Source of the DNA: Calditrichia bacterium
Lineage (GTDB): Bacteria > Calditrichota > Calditrichia > JAJRVZ01
DNA length: 64,000 nt
Assembly (NCBI GenBank): GCA_963796965.1
Contig: CAWCNS010000006.1
Span: forward strand, 224,001 to 288,000
Direction of reading: 5' to 3'
Below the pieces are notes generated by a model. It had not been told where the DNA came from, did no database searches, and was given only the letters and a program-made list of their open reading frames with translations. Positions 9,630 through 19,912 of the stretch are shown one piece after another. Each line of letters starts with the position of its first letter. The first letter of the stretch is position 1. The position numbers and the translations under genes were made by a program.

Positions 9630-11345
9630 ATGAAACGATTCTTAAAATGGCTGGCCATCTTATCAGCAATATTCTTTGTCTTTCTTTTTATAGCTTATTT
9701 ATTTGTCGATGCATTACTCGATACAGAACCCCATGTTAGCAACAATAGTTATCTGGAGATCAATCTTGGTGGCCCCCTGCCGGAATATGAACCCTCTGAT
9801 GCTCTTAGAGAGTATTTGAGTGGGAGCACCCTTGATTTAAAAAAAATCCGTCAAGGATTTAAAATGGCTGCTGTTGATGGACGTATTAAAGGCATCGTAC
9901 TTCGAGTTGGATTTATGATGACCGGTTATGCAAAGATTGAGGAATTACAACAACTGATCTCTGAATTCCAGCTTTCGGGAAAAAAGGTTTTGGCCCATCT
10001 CGACTATGGACTCACCCGTGATTACTTTCTTGCCGCAGCTTGTGACTCGATCTATATGTCACCTGGGGGAAATTTATTTTTAACGGGACTTTTAGCAGAA
10101 ATTAGTTTTTACAAAGGAGTGTTGAATAAAATTGGCGTAGAAGCAGACTTTGAACATATTGGTAAATACAAAAATGCTCCTGATGTCTATACCCGACAAT
10201 CCATGTCAGAACCCCAAAGAGAGGTCATAAATGCAATCTTTGATGTCCGATATGAATCCCTCATTAAATCAATTGCAAAAAACAGGGGATTAACTATTGA
10301 TCACGTCTATAATTTGATTGAGAATATCAGTGGTTTTGGTCCCGATGAAGCATATGAACAGGGTCTCGTAGATGGTATCAAATATGCGTCTCAGGTTAGC
10401 GAGATGCTAAATACAGAAGACAGACAATTATCAAAAATTTCTGCAACAGAATATTCATTTATTGACCCAGGCACCGTTGGAATTGAGGGTGATGAACGGA
10501 TTGCAGTGATTTATTGTGTTGGTACAATGACAGGCGGAGAAGATGGATCTGATCCCTATTTTGGCACTACTATGGGGGCCAATCGGGTAATTAGGGATAT
10601 TAACCGTGCGGCAGAATCAAAATCCATTAGAGCAATAATTTTACGAATTAACAGCCCCGGTGGATCAAGTCTGGCTGCGGATAAGATCTGGCATGCCTTG
10701 GATGAAGCAGCAAAGAAAAAACCTATAGTTGCCTCAATTTCAGATGTGGGCGCTTCTGGGGGGTATTATATTGCCATTCCAGCAGACACTATTATTGCCC
10801 AAAAACTGAGCGTAGTTGGATCGATCGGCGTATTTGCAGGTAAATTTAGTCTTAAAAAATTATATGAAAAAATTGATTTGAAAACTGAAGTGATCAAACG
10901 GGGAGAAAATGCCGGCCTTTTTTCTCTTAGCAGTAAATTTTCTACTTCCGAGAGAAAAATAATAAAAAACATGATTGCTGATTTTTATAGGGATTTTGTC
11001 ACCAAGGTTGCCACTGCCCGTAAGAAATCGTACGATGACATTGATAAAATCGCTCGTGGGAGGGTTTGGGTTGGTGAGGATTTGCTACAAAGAGATTTAA
11101 TTGATTTGATCGGGGGGCTTGATGAGGCAATAGTGGCTGCAAAAAATTTAGCTGACATTGATCCTTCTGTAGCCATTCGGTTGATATATTACCCCAGAAG
11201 TCGCTCATTATTGAATCAATATTTGGGAAGTTTTGTCAGACTTAAAAATTCTATTGAGAACCCTGTCTTACAGTTAGAAAATTATATAAGAGAATATAAT
11301 ATGCGGCCTTTAGCTCTTATGCCTTTTATGCTTGATTTGAATTAA
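9630..11345 (+). CDS. sppA: Signal peptide peptidase SppA (long form)
   Basis: GKYKNAP, LRINSPGGS, ASGGYYIA, GSIGVF, ARGRVW. Confidence 0.92.
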   Translation: MKRFLKWLAILSAIFFVFLFIAYLFVDALLDTEPHVSNNSYLEINLGGPLPEYEPSDALREYLSGSTLDLKKIRQGFKMAAVDGRIKGIVLRVGFMMTGYAKIEELQQLISEFQLSGKKVLAHLDYGLTRDYFLAAACDSIYMSPGGNLFLTGLLAEISFYKGVLNKIGVEADFEHIGKYKNAPDVYTRQSMSEPQREVINAIFDVRYESLIKSIAKNRGLTIDHVYNLIENISGFGPDEAYEQGLVDGIKYASQVSEMLNTEDRQLSKISATEYSFIDPGTVGIEGDERIAVIYCVGTMTGGEDGSDPYFGTTMGANRVIRDINRAAESKSIRAIILRINSPGGSSLAADKIWHALDEAAKKKPIVASISDVGASGGYYIAIPADTIIAQKLSVVGSIGVFAGKFSLKKLYEKIDLKTEVIKRGENAGLFSLSSKFSTSERKIIKNMIADFYRDFVTKVATARKKSYDDIDKIARGRVWVGEDLLQRDLIDLIGGLDEAIVAAKNLADIDPSVAIRLIYYPRSRSLLNQYLGSFVRLKNSIENPVLQLENYIREYNMRPLALMPFMLDLN

Positions 11346-11368
11346 TATGAAAATGGATGATTTTCTGC

Positions 11369-11905
11369 ATGGATAAAAATCAATTATTCACACTCTCTAA
11401 TTTTATGAGTTTCCTCCGCATATTCCTTGCGGGTCCTATCTTTTATTATATATCTATACATGAAAATTACATTGCAATCGGATTCATTTTTCTGGCCATA
11501 ATTACAGATTGGTTAGACGGATATTTTGCCCGGAAATGGAATCAGATCACAACTGTCGGCAAAGTCCTGGATCCTTTGGCCGATAAGGTATGCACCACTG
11601 CCGGATTTCTTTCTCTGACCCTTTACCAGGATTTGCCTGTATGGATATCTGCCGCTATCATTGGTCGTGATGTTATAATTCTGCTCGCCTCACTTGTCGT
11701 GATCGGTAGAAAAAACATTGTACTTTCTTCAAATATTCCAGGGAAATTGGCTGTATTAGTTATTTCTCTACTGGGTGTGGTTTACTTACTAAATATTGAA
11801 ATCTTAAAATATCCCTTTATTGTGTTATCTGCCATATTGGTTTTAATATCAATAACCAATTATGCCATCGTATTTTTTAGGAATTTTTCGACCCATCATG
11901 AATAA
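11369..11905 (+). CDS. CDP-alcohol phosphatidyltransferase (PgsA-like)
   Basis: DWLDGYFARKWNQITTVGKVLDPLADK signature. Confidence 0.88.
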   Translation: MDKNQLFTLSNFMSFLRIFLAGPIFYYISIHENYIAIGFIFLAIITDWLDGYFARKWNQITTVGKVLDPLADKVCTTAGFLSLTLYQDLPVWISAAIIGRDVIILLASLVVIGRKNIVLSSNIPGKLAVLVISLLGVVYLLNIEILKYPFIVLSAILVLISITNYAIVFFRNFSTHHE

Positions 11906-12716
11906 TAAATTAAAGCAATCAATATCATATATAAATAATCTTACGAGTGAAAGCCCACGATTAGCTATTATTCTGGGGTCCGGATTAGGTTCCTTTGCCG
12001 ACCTTCTCACCGAACCAATAAAGATTCCAACAAAAGACATACCTTATTTTCCTGCCTCAACAGTAAAGGGCCACCAGGGATACCTCGTCTTTGGTAATTG
12101 GCAAGGAATGAAATTACTGGCTCTCCAGGGTCGAACCCATTACTATGAGGGATACCCCGTTGATAAAGTAACGTACGTAATCAGAATATTTAAAGCATTA
12201 GGAGTTAAAACCCTGATTATTACCAATGCCGCCGGTGGTATAAACAAAGATTTTATTCCGGGCGATCTCATGCTAATTACTGATCAAATCAATAACATGT
12301 TCCAGAACCCGCTCCGCGGACCACTTATATATGGCGGAGAGCGCTTTCCTGATATGTCCGATTCATATTCTCAAAAATATTTTAAACTTGTTCATGATGT
12401 CGCCGAACATAATCATATAAAATTAAAAACAGGTACTTTATATGTTTCTTCCGGACCATCCTATGAAACAGCTGCAGAAGTCCGGATGATAAGAAAAATT
12501 GGAGGTGATGCCGCCAGCATGTCGACCGTTCCAGAGATTATCGTCGCAAACCAATGTGGTATTGAGACTATCGGTATTAGTTGTATTACAAACTATGCCA
12601 CAGGTTTAGCTGATCAACCTCTTAACCATGATGAAGTTACAGAAACGGCCAGGTTGGTTCAGGAAAAATTTTTAAAATTAATATCGGGAATAATTCTACG
12701 AATCGGACAGTATTAA
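11898..12716 (+). CDS. punA: Purine nucleoside phosphorylase (trimeric type)
   Basis: ILGSGLG, QGRTHYYEG, TNAAGG, GPSYET, MSTVPE. Confidence 0.93.
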   Translation: MNNKLKQSISYINNLTSESPRLAIILGSGLGSFADLLTEPIKIPTKDIPYFPASTVKGHQGYLVFGNWQGMKLLALQGRTHYYEGYPVDKVTYVIRIFKALGVKTLIITNAAGGINKDFIPGDLMLITDQINNMFQNPLRGPLIYGGERFPDMSDSYSQKYFKLVHDVAEHNHIKLKTGTLYVSSGPSYETAAEVRMIRKIGGDAASMSTVPEIIVANQCGIETIGISCITNYATGLADQPLNHDEVTETARLVQEKFLKLISGIILRIGQY

Positions 12717-12955
12717 TATTCACTGGTAATTCTAAATTGTCTGTTTTATTTTCTAATCAAAAAACCATGCCGGATTTATTCAATACTTGTTTTCGATGAT
12801 TATTTAATCCGATTTTTTGTTGGATTATTATGATTTTACAGTTATTTCAAATATTTTCTTATCACAAACTTCATAAATTTATTGTGATCAAAATCATCGA
12901 CCGTAATCCCTAAAGCGCGTACATTTTTGCTAGATTAACCCAAGGGAGGTATCTT

Positions 12956-14097
12956 ATGTATAGACTAAGGAAGAGAAAGTTACCATTCTTTATATTCATT
13001 TTTCTTTTTGCAACACTTTGCACCCTTTCGTTTGGGCAGTCGACGGGTCCTCAATTAGACCTTCAACTTGCACCTACACTTGAGCTAGCCCAGGTGGTAT
13101 ACACCTCAGATTTTGATTTTTATCAACAGGGGGCCACCACTTTCCTGTTTCAAATCACACTGATTGGAGGTAATAGCCCGGTTGATGGTCTTTTGGTAGT
13201 TGAGATCCTGCAGGGTGACATGATTCTTGCCCGAGCCCAAACCACCTCATTTAGATTATTGGCCGGTGAACCTATTAGCGCATCCAATATTGAGCTCAGT
13301 AATGGTATAATAACGCAAAGTGGTGATGAAATTCGACTTGATGAAGGCCAGACCTCTGCCCCCACAGACAATTTTGAAAATGAAGTCTTAAGCGGAGGAA
13401 AGCTCCCAGGGGTACCTATCAGTTTATTGCCTACTTCAGCTATAATAATGGTCAACAGGCATTTGCTCAACCTCTCCGACTTGATATTCTCAATCCGACA
13501 TTCATCCGGCCAATCAATCCTGGATTCCGGGCTGGAAGTGGATCCTTTGATATTGTCTATTCTCAATTTCCTACATTCCAGTTTGAAAGTGATTTTGACC
13601 CCACAGTTGCCGTGGAACCCCCTTTTCACGTCCAAATATTTAAAAAACTGGACCAACACCATTCTGTAGATGAAATATTAACCTCTACGCCGCATTATGA
13701 TGAATGGATGTATGAGACAGTATTCGCCTATCCTCCCGGAGGTGTGGTCCCTCTTGATCCTGGCGTTTATGCATGGCGGATTCAGCTAAGATATCTAACT
13801 ACCAGTGGATCAGAAACTATTGATTCTCCCGTATATGCCTTTCGAGTAGAAGATCCAACCAATATGAGTATGTATGGTGATGAAAGTCTTAAAGAAGATA
13901 TTATGCGCTTTTTTCTGGATCTTTCCGAAGATAAGGATAAGGGAAGGGAAGTAGCCGAAATGTTAAGCGACTATAATCTCGTGGCCATCAGATTAAATGG
14001 ACAGGAGATAACTAAACAACGTTTTTATAAAATTCTGGATGAATATGACGTCGAGTTCAGAACCTTAACCGAACTAATGTTAACGCCTACTCAATGA
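12956..14097 (+). CDS. Secreted hypothetical protein with predicted beta-sandwich domains; frameshift in the G run at 13409-13412
   Basis: GGGAGG RBS and signal peptide; adding one G joins the 12956 and 13612 ORFs (GKLPGGTYQF...FPTFQF...YP...PLDPGVYAWRIQ). Confidence 0.7.
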
Positions 14098-14108
14098 GAG
14101 GGTAAGCC

Positions 14109-14813
14109 ATGAAATCAAAACTAAAGATATTTATTATATTTATAATTCTGACCTTCGTTTTTACTATTCAGTTAGGGATGAGTGCAAGTCCTATCGCTGT
14201 AGTAGTAAAAGTGAAAGGTAAGGTATACGTTCTGAAAGACGGTGATAAAGCCAAGGCGACGACACCAAAACGTGGTTTCAGACTTGAAAATGGCGATAAG
14301 ATTATAACCGATAAAAAAAGTTATGCGGCCCTTCGTTTTATTGATGATAATAGTTCAGTGCGGATCCGTGCCAATTCGACCTGCTTTATAAGAGGGAAGA
14401 AGGAAAAAAATGAAATTTTTAAAAACATCCAGCTGGAAGTTGGTACGATCCTCGCTCGGGTAACCAAACAAAAAGGTAAATTCGAAGTTTCTACCCCTAC
14501 TTCAGTTGCAAGTGTCAAAGGAACGGGATTTATAGCAGATCATCGACCGGAGTTAAAAAAGGGTAGCTATTTTTATGGTTTAGAAGGAACTGTCGAGATC
14601 AAGAGTGATGGCGGCACCGGCCTGCTCCATGCAAATGAAACCGGACATGTGGCTTCCAAGTCAAGCCCGCCAATAATCAGAAAAACGACTAAAGGTGAAG
14701 TGCCATTATTTGAAGAAGATGATGATGATGATGATCTTTTTGAATTCGAATTTCAAAATGATGGCGGTCAAAAACAGATCCTGAAGTTTAAGGTCGAAAA
14801 GGTAGAAAAATAA
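14109..14813 (+). CDS. Stand-alone FecR-domain protein with signal peptide
   Basis: KVKGKV, GDKIIT...A.LRFID.S.VRIRANS, FEVSTPTSVASVKGT, LEGTVEI; acidic C-terminal tail. Confidence 0.85.
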   Translation: MKSKLKIFIIFIILTFVFTIQLGMSASPIAVVVKVKGKVYVLKDGDKAKATTPKRGFRLENGDKIITDKKSYAALRFIDDNSSVRIRANSTCFIRGKKEKNEIFKNIQLEVGTILARVTKQKGKFEVSTPTSVASVKGTGFIADHRPELKKGSYFYGLEGTVEIKSDGGTGLLHANETGHVASKSSPPIIRKTTKGEVPLFEEDDDDDDLFEFEFQNDGGQKQILKFKVEKVEK

Positions 14814-14859
14814 TATCCTCAGGTTGCTCTTTTAGAGAACAATGGAAAGACAAAAAACA

Positions 14860-14895
14860 TAGGGTTGGATAAGAAATAACAATAATCCAACCCTA
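14860..14895. repeat. Intercistronic hairpin
   Basis: TAGGGTTGGAT-N14-ATCCAACCCTA, 11-bp perfect stem. Confidence 0.7.
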
Positions 14896-15031
14896 AAACA
14901 GGGCCAAGATTTTTATAAATCCTTTTGTCTTTACCGGCTGTTTAAAAATGTCTTAGTTAAACATAGATTTTTTCATTATAATACGTTCAAGAACTTATCT
15001 AATCATATACTATTTTATAAAGGGGTCTGGC

Positions 15032-17429
15032 ATGAGAACTCTAATTACTTTCTTATGTGCTCTGTTTGTTGTTTCATCAGCATTCGCCTCATCAGAAAAT
15101 CTAATGTTTTTTCATACAACACCAGCAGGGGTCATCCGAGGAGAAGAGGCAAAAATTGAAATAATGCTGCCCGGCATTGGCTCTGAAATATATGACTTTT
15201 ATCTGTTTTACCGGGAACTTGGTGAAACGGATTATAAGTCTATTCCCATGACCAGCCAGGGATTATTGTTTTATGCGAATGTGAAAACATCACAATTTAC
15301 CACAAACCAGATGCAATATTATATTGCCTTTGAAGGCAGTCTTGGGGAGATTGGCACTTTGCCGGAAGAGATGGCTGAATTTAATCCATATATTATGGAA
15401 ATATCGCCCGCACCCGTTCTTCAGGATGGTGGCCCTATAGAAATAGTTGTATTGAGCCCACTGCCGGATGAAGTTGTTTCAGAACAAGATTTTCTGGTAG
15501 CCGTTTCCATGTATTCCGAGAAAGAAAAAATTGAATATGGAAATACAAAACTCATATTTGATGGCGTTAATATTAGAAATAACATCGATTTTAGTGATGG
15601 TGTTGTAACGTTTGCCCCGCCTCCCGGTTATAGTATGCGAGGTGGATTTCATAATGTTGAAGTGCAGGTCTTCAATGCGTCCGGTGTAATGGTAGGAAAG
15701 AAAGAATGGTCTTTTCAATCCACTCAAAGTATTCAATCTTCTGGCACATCGTTTTTTCGGGGGTCAGCATTTCTCGAGGACCGCTATCAAAATATAGCAA
15801 AACAATCAGATAATTTCTTTAGAGGTGGTGCCGAAGTTTCTGGTACACAAAATGATTTAGATTACCGTGCCCGTTTGGTTTTTTCCTCCGAAGAAGATCC
15901 ATCCCGTCAGCCTGTTAACCGTTATGGGGCTAAAATTCAATATAATTTTTCAGAGGATAATAATATCTATCTTTATGGGGGAGATTTTAATCCCTATTAT
16001 AATCCACTTGTCCTAATGGACAAACGGGTACGCGGACTACAAGTTGGATTAGCCTTCGGCTTTTTTACTTTTGACTATATTCTCGGAGAATTAACCCGCG
16101 GTATCAATGGAAGAGTGGATACACTTTCTTCCGGGGGTATTGACCAGCTAATTCCTGTTGGGGGTGTCTATAAAAAAAGTATGTGGGCAATTCGTCCCGG
16201 GTTTCGGTTCGGAGATAATGTTTGGTGGACACTTCATCTTATAAATGCCAAAGACGATTCTACTTCTATCGATATTGGAAGTAATGTTAGACAGTCGGTA
16301 TCATTTGGAACCGACCTGAATATGAAATTTGACAATAGAAGAATTCTTTTGGATGCCAGTTTCAATTCAAGCATAAATAATACCAATGCTGACATGCAGA
16401 CAATTAGTTGGGATACCCTGGCAGAATATGATGAAAGTCTTAGACAAAACGATGGTGCTAAACAGGCCTGGGATTTCCTGGAGAGCACAGGCTGGCTTTC
16501 AATGACCCAGGGGCTAAACCCTTTACCCAGTTATGCCATGCAGATTTGACGCTGTTTTTCGTTATTTTAACAATAATTTGAAAGTCCAGTATTACCTCAT
16601 TGACAGAAATTTTGCCAATCCGGGTAATCCATATTTGCTGAAGGATGTTTCCGGATTTCATATCAGCGACAATATTCGCCTTGTTGACAATCAGGTCTTC
16701 CTAACCCTATTTTATAAAAATTATACGACCGATAAATCATTGGATGACGAATCGACCAGCAACAATGAATTAGGTGCTGCGATCTCTTATTATCCTTTTA
16801 CATCTTTACCTTCACTTACCATTAGCTATTCAAATTTAAGTCGATCTAACTCGGTATCAGAGTCTGATACATTGTTTTACCAAATCGATAATTCAACCCA
16901 GCGACTTTCTTTTAATACGAGCTATAAAATGCGGCTTTCTGGTACTGATAATACCTTTATGTTAAACTACACCAATTATGGCCGCGATGATCAGATATAT
17001 CCCACCTCGCAAAGTGATTTTAGTCTTTATGGTATAGGCGTAAGAACAACTTTTAGTATCCCATTAACAACCAGGATAAATTACTCAAATTCTGAAAATG
17101 ATATCGGAAGAGACTCTGCTGTTAATCAGACCACAACAACTGTCAGCACACTACGGGCAGGTCTTGATTATGTAATGTCCGGTTTTATGTCCAATGACTT
17201 CTTTAAACCATTTTTTGATTACAGATGGCAAAATGTGACAACAGAGCGCAATACGGCTGGAACTCCCTCCAATTTTGAAACAGCACGTAATAATTATACA
17301 ATTGGATTAGCTTACCAGAGCAGTGTACTTGGGATTCTGTCTCTACGCTATGATCATATTAGCTACGGTAGTGAAGAAATTGATTTTGATGATTCGATTT
17401 TGAATTTCCGATATACCTATAGTTTCTAA
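15032..17429 (+). CDS. Large outer-membrane beta-barrel protein with N-terminal periplasmic Ig-like domains; frameshift near 16542
   Basis: Signal peptide; Ig-like segments (LFYRELGETDY...YYIAF, GFHNVEVQV); alternating Tyr/Phe/Gly-rich strands; C-terminal beta signal FRYTYSF. Confidence 0.72.
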
Positions 17430-17493
17430 TAATACAAAATCATAAAATGAGGATATATCCCATCGATGAATGATCGGTGGGGTATTTAAAATT

Positions 17494-19663
17494 ATGGCCG
17501 GAAAAAAGCAAAAACACAAAGAAAATCTGCTCGTTTCAATTTCAGTTGCTATTGTAGCAATTTTATTTGCAGTCTTTATTGCTCAAACGACTACTTTTCT
17601 ATCTCTTGAACATGATTTACTGGATTATCGGTTTAAATTAAGAGGTGCTTTGGATATTTCTGATTCACCAATTGTAATTCTGGCCATCGATGATCAATCT
17701 GACGAATCTACACCCGCCCGTTGGCCATGGCCGAGAGAATACTTTGCCCATGTAATTGATAACTTAAATGATGCAGGAGTTAAAGGCAATCGGAATAGAT
17801 GTAATCTTTGAACAGGCAGATTATAATGTCGGTGGAACTGCTTCTGATCAGGCTTTTGCAGATATGTTACAAAAATACGATAATGTTGTCTTAGCCGGCA
17901 AGTTAGTTGTACCACAAGGAAGAGCAGATATAGTTACATTAGTTCCTCCTTATGAAACATTTTTAGAGACAGGTACAGATTGGGGATTGGTTTCCTTTGA
18001 TCTTGATGAGGACGGTTTTTACAGACGATATCTCGTCGGTCAATCTTTTAACGATAGTGTTTATGCTTCTTTTGCTGCATCTCTTGTAAAAATATATAAA
18101 GATCTCGATCCCAACCTGGAAATAGAGGATCTTGAAGATGAATTTGAAATCGGCCCTTATTCAATTCCAAAGTATAACACCTATTCTTCAATCATTAACT
18201 ATGTAGGCCCGTCCGGAACTTTCAACGGTATTCATTTGATGCCGTTCTTGATGATATCGATTTTGATCTGATCGAAGATTATGATCTTGATAGTTTCGAC
18301 GACCCCGGAGATGAAGAATTGGGACTCCCTCCTGGCTTTACTACATTCTGGCATATTAAAAGATAAGATTGTTCTGATCGGATCAACTGTTCAGGAGCAA
18401 CATGATGATTTTCCAACACCCTTTCTTGAAGTACGAGATGAAGAAGATCGATTAGTACAGGTTTTAACTTATGGGGTAGAAATTCATGCCAATATGCTTC
18501 AAATGATCTTAGATGAGAATTATCTCTATAAAATACCTGTTATATGGGAATTTTTCATTTTGTTAGTTATCGTCTTTTGGTATTTTTTGATTGCACGGTT
18601 TTTTCGAACCTTTTGGGGTCTTTTTGCTGTACTTGTGTTGGCCCTTGGATTTTTTGTTTTCTCATTTTTGATGTTTAGCAACTGGCAAAATATCCTTGAA
18701 ATAAGTACCCCCATTCTTGTAATAATGTTCTCATTTGCTGGACATACTATTTACCACTATATAATATCCCAACGTGAAAAAAGAATGATCACTGGTGCAT
18801 TTAAACACTATGTCCCACAGAAAGTTGTAGACCAAATCATTGAAAATCCGGATAAATTAACGCTTGGAGGCGAGGAGCGGGTCGTTACGGTTATGTTTAC
18901 TGATGTTGCCGGATTTACTTCTATTTCTGAAAAATTATCACCTGCCCAACTGGTCCAATTGCTAAATGAATATTTAACTGAAATGACTGATACTGTGCTT
19001 AGAGAATGAGGGTATCATTGATAAATATGAAGGTGATGCGATCATGGCTGAATTTGGTGTACCGGTACATTATGACAATCATGCCTATATGGCCTGTAAG
19101 ACAGCTCTCGAGATGCAAAAGAAATTAAAAATTCTTAGGAAAAATGGAAAACAGAGGATCGTCCCCAATTAAAAGCACGGATTGGAATCAATACAGGTGA
19201 GGTTATTATTGGCAATATGGGATCCCGAGATGTGTTTGATTATACAGTAATGGGTGATCATGTGAATCTAGGTTCACGGCTTGAAGGTGCAAATAAATTT
19301 TATGGCACATATATTATGATTAGTGAGTTTACTTATCAACATGTTAAAGATGACTTTTATACCCGTGAACTTGATCTTATTCGAGTCAAGGGTAAAGAAC
19401 AACCTATCCGCGTGTTCGAACTTCTTTCCTTGTAAAAGACAAAGTAAGTGATGAATTTCTGAAAATGTTAGACATCTACAAAACGGGCATTGCGCATTAC
19501 AAAGCACAGGAATGGAATGAAGCCATAAATTGCTTTGAAGCATGTTTGGAACTATTTCCGGAAGATCCTCCATCTACAGAATATCGATCACGATGCATAG
19601 AATACAAATTCAATAGTCCCGGGCCCGGAGTGGGATGGTGTTACGGTAATGAAAGAAAAATAA
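17494..19663 (+). CDS. CHASE2-domain class III adenylate cyclase with C-terminal TPR; several indels
   Basis: IVILAIDD, RWPWPRE, IGIDVIF, KIVLIG, GVEIHAN (CHASE2); three TM helices; MFTDVAGFTSISE, IDKYEGDAIMA, RIGINTG, YTVMGDHVNLGSRLEG; ends WDGVTVMKEK*. Confidence 0.9.
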
Positions 19664-19860
19664 CCGATCCAAAACTTTGGTTTATTTGACAAGTAACCAT
19701 TTTAGTCCATTGTATTTATCAGATCTCAAGCCCTGTATCTATCATGCCTTTTGCTGGGATTTTTGACAATCTTGTCAACCTGTCATAATTAGGGCACCTA
19801 TCCTTACCTCAATAATTCCTTTCAACAAATGAGATCCTGATTTTTGCCTTTTATTAATAT

Positions 19861-19889
19861 TTGACATATCTTTAATTTTTTCTTAGTTT
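19861..19889 (+). promoter_or_regulatory. Sigma70-type promoter for the porX-tsaE operon
   Basis: TTGACA-N17-TAGTTT, 23 nt before the ATG. Confidence 0.5.
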
Positions 19890-19912
19890 ATTCGATTTTT
19901 GGAGACTTATAA

